Notes under the pieces: model-generated
The model's database searches: none
Told to the model about the DNA's origin: nothing
Seen by the model: only the letters and a program-made list of their open reading frames with translations
Made by a program: the position numbers and the translations under genes
In this document: piece by piece, positions 19,377 through 27,317 of the stretch
Layout: the number at the start of each line of letters is the position of its first letter
Numbering within the stretch: position 1 is the first letter of the stretch
NCBI RefSeq assembly: GCF_000006765.1
Contig: NC_002516.2
Origin: Pseudomonas aeruginosa PAO1
GTDB lineage: Bacteria > Pseudomonadota > Gammaproteobacteria > Pseudomonadales > Pseudomonadaceae
Length of the DNA stretch: 64,000 bases
Reading direction: 5' to 3' (one strand)

Positions 19377-20238
19377 TGGCGGTTCCTTCAAGAGAGAGGC
19401 GTTGCGCGTGGCCGATGCGTCCTGCGACCACTTCGGGTTGTTCGATCGGGCTGGCGTGGCCGGCCCCGGGAATCGACGAGAACGACGCGCCGAGCTGGCG
19501 GGCGATGGCGCCGCAACTCTCGGGCGTGGTGATGCCGTCGTCCTCGCCGCAATGCACCTCGCAAGGAGCGGCAGGCTGCCCGTTGCCCAGCAGGTCGTCG
19601 CCGCAGAGCAGCTCGACGGCCTGGCGGTAGCCCTCGGGGTTGAGCCGCGCCATGTTCCAGCGCACCCAGGCCAGGGCCTCCTCGCTGGGGTTGCGGCCGA
19701 GCAGGCGCGCGGTGCGCTCGCTGGCCATGCCGTCGATACCGAAGCGCTCCAGGTTCTCCAGGCGCTGGCGGCGCACCTGGGCGCCGCTGTCGCGCAGCTC
19801 GGCGGCGCCGTAGCCGCGCGCCGGGCTGAGCAGCACCAGGCGGCGCACCCGCGCCGCGCCGATGCCGGCGGCGTAGGCCGTGGCCATCAGCGCGCCGAGG
19901 GAGTGGCCCACCAGCAGGCAGCTCTCCACGCCCAGCGCATCCAGCAGCAGCTCCAGGCACGCGGCGTAGTCGCAGGCCTTGGGCCGGGCCGGCGGCAGCG
20001 GCGTGGACAGGCCGTAACCCGGCGCGTCCCAGGCGATCACCCGATTGCCGGCGGCCAGGCGCTGGGCGCAATGCAGCCAGGACGCCGAGCCCGAACCGAT
20101 GCCGTGCAACAGCACCACCACCGGGCCCTGGCCGCATTCGCGGATGGCCAGCTGGGCGCCGTCGGCCAGTTGCACCAGCCGCTCGGGAAAGCGCTGTTGC
20201 AGGTTCGGGACGGGGGTGTGGGTCTGCGCCATGTTCAT
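19369..20238 (-). CDS. Alpha/beta hydrolase
   Basis: Motifs LHGIG, WDAPGYG, nucleophile GHSLG and GAGH. Confidence 0.9.
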   Translation of the reverse strand: MNMAQTHTPVPNLQQRFPERLVQLADGAQLAIRECGQGPVVVLLHGIGSGSASWLHCAQRLAAGNRVIAWDAPGYGLSTPLPPARPKACDYAACLELLLDALGVESCLLVGHSLGALMATAYAAGIGAARVRRLVLLSPARGYGAAELRDSGAQVRRQRLENLERFGIDGMASERTARLLGRNPSEEALAWVRWNMARLNPEGYRQAVELLCGDDLLGNGQPAAPCEVHCGEDDGITTPESCGAIARQLGASFSSIPGAGHASPIEQPEVVAGRIGHAQRLSLEGTANG

Positions 20239-20246
20239 CGGCGGCC

Positions 20247-20777
20247 TCAGCGCTTGATGCTCGCCAGAGGGTGCTCCGGCGGGTAGGTCGGGGTGATCGG
20301 CTTCTTCGCACCGAGCATCACGCACATCAGCGCATCCTCGTCGCCGATGTTGATCTCCTCGCGGTACACGCCCGGCGGCACGGAAATCACGTCGCGGTCG
20401 GTGAGGATGGTCTCGAAGCGCTCGCCGTCCTTCTCCAGCACCACCTTGAGCTTGCCTCGCAGGACGAAGAACACTTCCTCGACGTCGATGTGCAGGTGCG
20501 GCGGGCCTTCGTGACCCGCCGGGATGACCATGGTGGAAAAGGTGAAGTGCTCGGACGGAATGGTGTTCATGTCACTGGCCACACCGGTGCCGCCGGTGCC
20601 GATGTAGCGCATCTGCGCGCGGCGGAACCTGGGGTCGTAGTCGGCCTGGAACTTCAGCGCGTTCCAGTCGTACTTGCGGGTGGAGTAACGGGCGATGCGG
20701 GTGTTGCACCACTCCTCGAAGCTGGCGCCTTCGGGGCGGTCCCAGGATTTCGGGGCGTTCTGGTTCAGATCGGTCAT
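20247..20777 (-). CDS. Cupin-domain protein
   Basis: GGAGG SD before ATG 20777. Metal motif PPHLH..VEEVFFVLRG and ISVPPGVYR. Confidence 0.88.
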   Translation of the reverse strand: MTDLNQNAPKSWDRPEGASFEEWCNTRIARYSTRKYDWNALKFQADYDPRFRRAQMRYIGTGGTGVASDMNTIPSEHFTFSTMVIPAGHEGPPHLHIDVEEVFFVLRGKLKVVLEKDGERFETILTDRDVISVPPGVYREEINIGDEDALMCVMLGAKKPITPTYPPEHPLASIKR

Positions 20778-20790
20778 GGAGTCCTCCGGA

Positions 20791-21552
20791 TCAGGGCATG
20801 ACGAACCCGCCGTTGACCGGCAAGGTTTGTCCAGTGATGAAGCGGGAAAGGTCGGAAAGGGCGAACAGCACCGCGCCGCAGACATCCGCCGGCTGTTGGC
20901 CGCGCTGGAGCGCGCGCTGCTCGCGGTAGAGCCGGTGGCGGGCGGCCGGCACGTACTCGGTGGCCTCGACCTCCACCAGTCCGGGAGCGATGGCGTTGAC
21001 GGTGATGCCGTCGCCGCCCAGCTCGCGGGCCAGGCTGCGGGTCATGGCGATCAGCGCGCCCTTGCTGGCGCTGTAGGCGAGCAGGTTGGGCGCGCCCCAC
21101 AGCGGGGTGTCGGAGGCCAGGTTGACCACCGCGCCACGTCCGGACTCGCGCAGCGCCGGCAGGCAGGCACGGGTCATCAGCCAGGTGCCGCGCACGTTGA
21201 CCTGGAGCACCCGGTCGAACACCTCGATCTCCAGTTCTTCGCAGCTCTTGCCGCCGGAGTTGGTGATGGAGGCGTTGTTCACCAGGCCGTCGAGACCGCC
21301 CAGGCGCTCGACCGCCGCGGCCACGCAGCGCTCGATCGAAACCGGGTCGGCCAGGTCCAGTGGCAGGCCGCTGATATCCAGGCCCTGCTCGGCGAGTTCA
21401 CGGGCGGAGCGCTGCACGCGTTCCTCCAGGATGTCGGCGATCACCACCCGGGCGCCGGCGCGTGCCGCCGCTTCGGCGAAGGCGTAGCCGAGGCCGCGGG
21501 CGCCGCCGGTGAGGAGCACGCGGCGACCGTCGAGAAGAGAGTTCTGGCTCAT
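20791..21552 (-). CDS. Classical SDR oxidoreductase
   Basis: Motifs TGGARGLG, NNAS, YSASK and NAIAPG. Confidence 0.9.
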   Translation of the reverse strand: MSQNSLLDGRRVLLTGGARGLGYAFAEAAARAGARVVIADILEERVQRSARELAEQGLDISGLPLDLADPVSIERCVAAAVERLGGLDGLVNNASITNSGGKSCEELEIEVFDRVLQVNVRGTWLMTRACLPALRESGRGAVVNLASDTPLWGAPNLLAYSASKGALIAMTRSLARELGGDGITVNAIAPGLVEVEATEYVPAARHRLYREQRALQRGQQPADVCGAVLFALSDLSRFITGQTLPVNGGFVMP

Positions 21553-21557
21553 GGCGT

Positions 21558-22334
21558 TCACACCGTGCCCAGGTTGGCTTTCGGCAGGTAATGCAGGACG
21601 CGCTTCTCGGCCCAGACCACCGCGCCATAGGCGAGCACGCCGATCAGGGTGAGCATGACGATGGCGACGAACACCCCGGCGGTGTTGCCCTGCCCTTCGG
21701 CATCCACCAGCAGGAAGCCGAGGCCCTTGTTGCCGCCCACCAGCTCGCCGACGGTGACGCCGATCACCGCCAGGGTGGAGGCGATGCGCAGGCCGGAGAA
21801 CAGCGCGGCCATCGCCGAGGGGAACTCCACCAGGCGGAAGATCTGCCAACGGCTGGCGCTCATCGCGCGCACCAGGTTGATCATGTCCGGGTCGACGGTG
21901 CGGATGGCCGAGAGCACGTTGATCATCACCGGGAAGAACACGATCAGCACGGCGATGAGGATCTTCGGGTACACCGTATAGCCCAGCCACATCACGAACA
22001 GCGGGGCGAAGGCCACCTTCGGCGCGATCTGCAGCGCCAGGATGTAGGGCGAGAGCATGGCCTCGGTGGTCGGCGACAGGCCGAGGGCAACGCCGATGCT
22101 CACGCCAAGCAGCGCGCCCAGGGCGAAACCGACGACGATCTCCAGGCTGGTGATCGCCGTGTGCTCCAGCAGTCCGGCGCCGTGCCACATGGCCACGCCC
22201 TCCGCCGCCACCCGGCTCAGCCCCGGCAGGACGAACTCGGGCATGCCGAGCAGGCCGGGCCCCCACTGCCAGGCAGCGAGGAACAGGAACAACAGCGCGA
22301 GACTGCCGAGCAAGGGTCTGGTGGAGAGGTTCAT
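21558..22334 (-). CDS. ABC transporter permease (NitT/TauT type)
   Basis: Hydrophobic, with APKVAFAPLFVMWLG and an EAA-like loop. Confidence 0.92.
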   Translation of the reverse strand: MNLSTRPLLGSLALLFLFLAAWQWGPGLLGMPEFVLPGLSRVAAEGVAMWHGAGLLEHTAITSLEIVVGFALGALLGVSIGVALGLSPTTEAMLSPYILALQIAPKVAFAPLFVMWLGYTVYPKILIAVLIVFFPVMINVLSAIRTVDPDMINLVRAMSASRWQIFRLVEFPSAMAALFSGLRIASTLAVIGVTVGELVGGNKGLGFLLVDAEGQGNTAGVFVAIVMLTLIGVLAYGAVVWAEKRVLHYLPKANLGTV

Positions 22335-23338
22335 GGGCGGGCTCCGTGCTGCGCGGTCAGGTCGGCGGACTCGACGAAACGGTTGGTGTAAAGCTCGTCC
22401 AGCGGCGTCTCGCGGCCGACGATGCCTTCGCTGACGTAGAACCTGCGAACCTTGTCCAGGCGCTGCGGATCGATGTGCCCGAGCGGCTGCTGGTTGGCGT
22501 AGACGTGCTCGACATAGAGCCGCAGGACCCGTTCCAGGCTGGCCTCGCGGCCCTTGTAGGCGGGCACCGCGGCAGCGAAGGTGGCGGCGGCCTGCCTTGG
22601 GTCGGCGATGATGTCGCGCATGCCCATGAGGGTCGCCCTGACCACCCCGCCGACCACCTCAGGCTGCTTCTCGATGGCCTCGTCCGAGGCGAGGATCGCC
22701 TGGGCCATGCTCTCGAACACCTCGCTGCCCGGCAGCAACTTCACCTGCCGGCCGGCATCCTCGGCACTCACCACCCAGTCCGGCACGCCGGCCATGGCCT
22801 GCGAGCGGCCGGCGGAGAACAGTTGCCAGACGCCGGATGGGCCGGCCGCCTGGATGTCCACGTCGGACTTGCCCAGGCCAGCCTTGCGCATCGACGCCAG
22901 CAGGGCGTAGTAGGTGGTGTCGGAGTAGGACATCACGGTCAGGGTCTTGCCCTTGAGGTCCTTGACGCTGTCGATACCGGCCGTGCCATCGGTGGCGATC
23001 ATGGTCACCCCGCCGGCACCGAGCACCGCCACGGCTTTCACCGGGATGCCGTTGGCGCGCACCACGATCGGCGTATCGCCGATGGCGCCGCCGACCGGTG
23101 CGTTGCCGGCGCCGATCTGCTTGGCCACGTCGACCCCGCCCTTGCCGGCGACGAAGGTCACCTTCAGGCCCAGGTCGGCGTAGTAGCCCTTCTCCCGGGC
23201 GATCACCCAGGGTGCGAAGGCCGGCGAGTTCGGCGGTGCCGGCAGCAGGTAGGTGACTTCCCGCGGGGCGGCCTGGACGGTCAGGCCGGCGGCGAACAAC
23301 GCGCCGCACAATGCGGCGTTGAGCAATGACTTGGACAT
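22331..23338 (-). CDS. ABC substrate-binding protein (NMT1/THI5-like)
   Basis: Signal peptide (…LTVQA-AP). Motifs EKGYYADLG and DLKGKT. Confidence 0.88.
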   Translation of the reverse strand: MSKSLLNAALCGALFAAGLTVQAAPREVTYLLPAPPNSPAFAPWVIAREKGYYADLGLKVTFVAGKGGVDVAKQIGAGNAPVGGAIGDTPIVVRANGIPVKAVAVLGAGGVTMIATDGTAGIDSVKDLKGKTLTVMSYSDTTYYALLASMRKAGLGKSDVDIQAAGPSGVWQLFSAGRSQAMAGVPDWVVSAEDAGRQVKLLPGSEVFESMAQAILASDEAIEKQPEVVGGVVRATLMGMRDIIADPRQAAATFAAAVPAYKGREASLERVLRLYVEHVYANQQPLGHIDPQRLDKVRRFYVSEGIVGRETPLDELYTNRFVESADLTAQHGARP

Positions 23339-23378
23339 CAGCGGCTCCTGTAACGGAATTCGGATCGGCAGGCGGCGA

Positions 23379-24230
23379 TCAGTGCAGCTCGGCGCTCTCG
23401 CCCACTTTCAGCAGGGTCATCAGGCGCCCGACCAGCGGCCCGATCTCCGGCAGCTTGCGGCGCTCCAGCGGGTTGTCGCGCAGCGGCAGGCCGACCTCGA
23501 TCTCCTCGACGATGGTGCCCGGCCGCGCGCTCATCACCAGGATGCGATCGGACATGGCGATCGCCTCGACCAGGTCGTGGGTAATGAACAGCGCGGTCTT
23601 GCGTTGCTCGCAGAGCATCCGCGCCAGGTCCTGCTGGAGGATCATCTTGGTCTGCGCGTCGAGGGCCGAGAACGGCTCGTCGAGGAACAGCACCTGCGGG
23701 TCGGTGGCCAGGGTTCGGGCCAGGGCGGCGCGTTGGCGCATGCCGCCGGAAAGCTGGAACGGATAGTGCTCGGCGAAACCGGCGAGGTGACACTTCTCCA
23801 GCATTTCCTCGGCGATGGCGCGCCGTTCGCCGGCCGCGCGACCGTCGATCTCCAGGCCCAGCTCGATGTTGCGGCGAATGCTGCGCCAGGGCATCAGCAG
23901 GTCCTTCTGCAACATGAAGGAGACCTTGCGTACCGGACCGCTGACCCGCTCGCCGCCGACCCGCACCTCGCCTTCGCTGGGTGCGTAGAGACCCGCCCCC
24001 ATGTTCAGCAGGGTGCTCTTGCCGCAACCGGACGGCCCGATGATGGACACCACCTCGCCGCGGCGGATGGCCAGGTCGAGCCCCTGCACCGCGAGGGTCG
24101 CCGCGCTTTTGCCGCGGCCCGGAAAATGCTTGGCGACGCCGCGGAATTCGATTTCGAGACGGCTATCCGCAGGAGCGGCTACAGGTAGCGAATGCTCGGA
24201 AGTGAGGATGCTCAACGACGTCGCTCTCAT
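23379..24230 (-). CDS. ABC ATP-binding protein (NitT/TauT type)
   Basis: Walker A GPSGCGKS, LSGGM, and DEPFSALD. Confidence 0.95.
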   Translation of the reverse strand: MRATSLSILTSEHSLPVAAPADSRLEIEFRGVAKHFPGRGKSAATLAVQGLDLAIRRGEVVSIIGPSGCGKSTLLNMGAGLYAPSEGEVRVGGERVSGPVRKVSFMLQKDLLMPWRSIRRNIELGLEIDGRAAGERRAIAEEMLEKCHLAGFAEHYPFQLSGGMRQRAALARTLATDPQVLFLDEPFSALDAQTKMILQQDLARMLCEQRKTALFITHDLVEAIAMSDRILVMSARPGTIVEEIEVGLPLRDNPLERRKLPEIGPLVGRLMTLLKVGESAELH

Positions 24231-24251
24231 CTGGACTAAGCCTCTTGTCTT

Positions 24252-24286
24252 GTTTTATATATGAAACATCGTTTTAAATATAAAAC
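24252..24286. promoter_or_regulatory. Tandem AT-rich palindromes; candidate IclR operator
   Basis: GTTTTATATATGAAAC (24252-24267) and GTTTTAAATATAAAAC (24271-24286) lie over the predicted transcription start. Confidence 0.5.
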
Positions 24287-24287
24287 T

Positions 24288-24303
24288 TGCAGAAGCCATG
24301 CCA
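24288..24303 (-). promoter_or_regulatory. Putative sigma54 promoter of the 17-gene operon
   Basis: Minus strand reads TGGCATGGCTTCTGCA, matching TGGCAC-N5-TTGCW with exact GG/GC spacing. Confidence 0.7.
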
Positions 24304-24353
24304 GATGAAAGTTCACCGGCGAAACAGCCTTGTTCCGAGTATTAAACTTTTAA

Positions 24354-24366
24354 AATCAGAGAGTTG
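24354..24366. promoter_or_regulatory. IHF site
   Basis: AATCAGAGAGTTG matches WATCAR-N4-TTR and lies about 50 bp upstream of the -24 element. Confidence 0.55.
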
Positions 24367-24742
24367 AATTAAAGCGCGGAGAATTACCGAGGAATCCTGC
24401 GACGAAAGGCGCTCCGAGCGGTTTTCACGCGGTTCGCCAGGCTTCCGGGAAGTGGGGCGTTGTTGCACACACAAGGAGCAACATTGCTCCATTCGGTAAC
24501 AGGGGAAGGTTTCCTGACAGCCACATCGCTCGCTTGAACGAGTGCCGCAGGCTCTCGACCTCTGCTCGCAGCAACTCCCCTGCTTATATAAGGACGAGGG
24601 TCTTCGCAGCGAAGACTTCAGGCCGAGGCAGACAGGGACGAAACGACTGCGGCGGTCCCGGACACACCGGGCTGCGGGTGGCGTCCGCCGCGGACGCCAC
24701 CCTCGCCCCGGAGCCGCGCCAGGCGACTCCGGGCGTGCAACC

Positions 24743-25816
24743 TCAGGGTCGCAGTTCGAACAGCGCCGGCAGCGGCGGCCACTCCGAAGGCACCTTGCGG
24801 AAGCGACTGAAGCCGGCGGCCTCGGCCATCTGCCGCGCGCGGTCCTCGCCCATGAAGGCGCCGAGGCCCTCGCCGCCGTGGGACAGCGAACAGGTCATGC
24901 AATACAGCGTGCTCTGCGGGTACATCACGCGACCGAACAGGTTCATGTTCTCGTGCAGTTCCTGCGACAGGTTGAGTTCCACCATCAGGTAGGTCCCATC
25001 GTCGGCGGTCGACTCGCGCAGGTCCTTCATCATCTGCTGCGGGTCGGTCGCGTCGTGGATGACCACGAAGGTCGTGACGAAGTCGAACTTCTTGCCCGCC
25101 AGCGCATCGGAATCGCTGACCTCGAAGCGCACCCGGTCGCCGACCCCCGCGGCCTCGGCGTTCGCCCGCGCGCGTTCGATGGACGGCGCGTGGAAGTCAC
25201 AGCCATAGACCTGGGCTTCGGGGAACGCCTTGGCCATCATGATCGCGGCCAGCCCGCTGCCGCAGCCGAAATCGAGCACGCTGCCACCCGCCTGGAGCTT
25301 TTCCTTGACGCCATCCAGCGAAGGAATCCAGTGCTGCACGAGGAAGTGCTTGTACCAGGGCATGGTCATGCGCTCCATGCCTTCCCAGGTTTCCAGCGGG
25401 AAGGATTCCTCGGGGCAACCGCCGCCGCAGCGGAAGGCCTCGATGATCTTCGGCGCCATGCTCACGAAGGGCACGCTCAACTGGATGATCCCGCCGGCGA
25501 AATAAGGCGAGTCCTCGTCGGCGAGCACCGGGACGAACTCGGCCGGCAACCGATAGCTCCTGCTCTGCGGATCGTAGGCCAGGTAGTTGCCGGTGACCAT
25601 GCTGCCCAGCCATTCGCGCAGGTAGCGGGTGGTGTAGCCGGTCTGCTGCGCCAGCTCTTCCAGGGTCACCCATTGGCCATGGGCGAGCGCCTTGAACAGC
25701 CCCAGGCGGTCGCCGATGTAGAGCATCGCGCCGCGCAGGGTATTGCCGTAGTCCTCCATGATCCGTGCTGAAAACTGCTTGACCTTCGCGGTTTCGATCT
25801 CGTTAGCCTTTGTCAT
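24743..25816 (-). CDS. flcA: SAM-dependent methyltransferase of fluopsin C biosynthesis
   Basis: GGAG SD, ATG 25816. N-terminal dimerisation wHTH and LDFGCGSG motif. Last gene of the CueR-controlled five-gene operon. Confidence 0.85.
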   Translation of the reverse strand: MTKANEIETAKVKQFSARIMEDYGNTLRGAMLYIGDRLGLFKALAHGQWVTLEELAQQTGYTTRYLREWLGSMVTGNYLAYDPQSRSYRLPAEFVPVLADEDSPYFAGGIIQLSVPFVSMAPKIIEAFRCGGGCPEESFPLETWEGMERMTMPWYKHFLVQHWIPSLDGVKEKLQAGGSVLDFGCGSGLAAIMMAKAFPEAQVYGCDFHAPSIERARANAEAAGVGDRVRFEVSDSDALAGKKFDFVTTFVVIHDATDPQQMMKDLRESTADDGTYLMVELNLSQELHENMNLFGRVMYPQSTLYCMTCSLSHGGEGLGAFMGEDRARQMAEAAGFSRFRKVPSEWPPLPALFELRP

Positions 25817-25865
25817 TCTTGTTCTCCGTTGATGTGCAGTACCGCCGCCTCTGGCGGCGGGTGAT

Positions 25866-27317
25866 TCAGTGGTGGCTGGCGACCTTGTCCAGCACCTTGT
25901 CGACGATGGTCCCGGCCATGCCGAGATGGGTCCGCGGCTCGAACAGCCTGGCCAGGGTTTCCTTCGGCATGACGGCGCCCACCCGCGGATCCGACTCGAG
26001 CGCCTGGCGCATCGGAATCCGCTTGCGCTGGCAGGCCTGGGTGATCTCGAAGATGATTTCGTAAGCGCTGCTCTTGCCCAGTTGCTTGGCCATCTCGAAG
26101 ACGAACGCCTCGGTACAGATCGCATCGCTGTATGCATTCGCCGTCCGCGCCATGGTCTCGTCGTGGACCGTGAGCCCGTCGATGGTGTCGGTCAGCAGCG
26201 ACAGCGCCATCAGCGCATAGTGGGAAACGTCCGCCACCGCACACCATTCCAGGCGCGTGCCGCGGTAGTCCCGCTCGTGCTCGAGGATCATGGCGTCCAA
26301 CGCGAGCAGGACCTGGGCCTTGGCCAGCCGGGCCAGCACCACGACCTGCTCGCAGCCTTCCGGATTGCGCTTGTGGGGCATGGTGCTGCTACCGATCTGC
26401 TGCTGCGTCCAGCCCACCTCCAGCTCGCCGATCTCCCAGCGGTTCAGGGTGCGGATCTCGTCGGCGATCCGCGCCAGGGACGCGGTGACCATGGCCAGGG
26501 TGCTGACGAACTCGGTAACCCGGTCGCGGGACACGTGCCAACCCGCCAGCGGCACGTCCAGCGACAGCCGCCGCGCGAAGCTTTCGAGCAGGAGCATGGC
26601 CTCGTCGCCGAAGGCGGCCATCGTGCCCACGCCGCCGAACAGTTGCACCACCAGGATCCGCTTGCGCGCCTCGCCCAGGCGTTCGCGGTGACGCAGCAAC
26701 TCGTCGATCCAGCCGGCCACCTTCAGCCCGAAGGTGGTCGGCAACGCCGGGATCGAGTGGGTCCTGGCGACCATCAGCGCATTGCGGGTCCCGCTCGCCA
26801 GCACCGAGAGCCGGTCCAGGAGGATGTCCAGCGCCCGCTCCGTTTCATCCAGCACATCGCGCATTTCCAGGGACTGCGCGGTGTCCTGGATATCCTGCGT
26901 GGTCGCGCCGAAATGCACGTACTCGCGCGCGCTGGGGCTGCAGTTCCGTTGCAGCGCACCCAGCAGGGGCATCAGCGAGTGCCCGGTGCTGGCCACGCCG
27001 TCGGCGATCTGCTGCAGGTCAACGGCCGAAAGCCTGGCGGCCTTCGCGATCTCCAGCGCGGCCTCGGGCGGAATGACGCCGACATCGGCCTGCGCCAGCG
27101 CCAGCGCCGCCTCCACGTCGAGCCAGCGTTGCAGGCGGCAGTGGCTACAGAAGATCCGTCGGCTCACCGGACCGGCGTAGCCGCCGCCATGGGTTTTAGA
27201 GTCAACGATGTGACTGTGTTCGTGCTTGCAGGACGACTCGGCCGGTGCGCCGCCGAAGCTCTGCGGATGCGCGGTGCACGAGGAACGGGCAAGCATTTCC
27301 AGCGATTCAGCATCCAT
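25866..27317 (-). CDS. flcB: Adenylosuccinate-lyase-family enzyme (Cys-fumarate adduct formation in fluopsin C pathway)
   Basis: ATG overlaps the flcC stop (TGATG). Motifs GATTQD, RTH and GSSTMPHKRNP. Confidence 0.85.
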   Translation of the reverse strand: MDAESLEMLARSSCTAHPQSFGGAPAESSCKHEHSHIVDSKTHGGGYAGPVSRRIFCSHCRLQRWLDVEAALALAQADVGVIPPEAALEIAKAARLSAVDLQQIADGVASTGHSLMPLLGALQRNCSPSAREYVHFGATTQDIQDTAQSLEMRDVLDETERALDILLDRLSVLASGTRNALMVARTHSIPALPTTFGLKVAGWIDELLRHRERLGEARKRILVVQLFGGVGTMAAFGDEAMLLLESFARRLSLDVPLAGWHVSRDRVTEFVSTLAMVTASLARIADEIRTLNRWEIGELEVGWTQQQIGSSTMPHKRNPEGCEQVVVLARLAKAQVLLALDAMILEHERDYRGTRLEWCAVADVSHYALMALSLLTDTIDGLTVHDETMARTANAYSDAICTEAFVFEMAKQLGKSSAYEIIFEITQACQRKRIPMRQALESDPRVGAVMPKETLARLFEPRTHLGMAGTIVDKVLDKVASHH

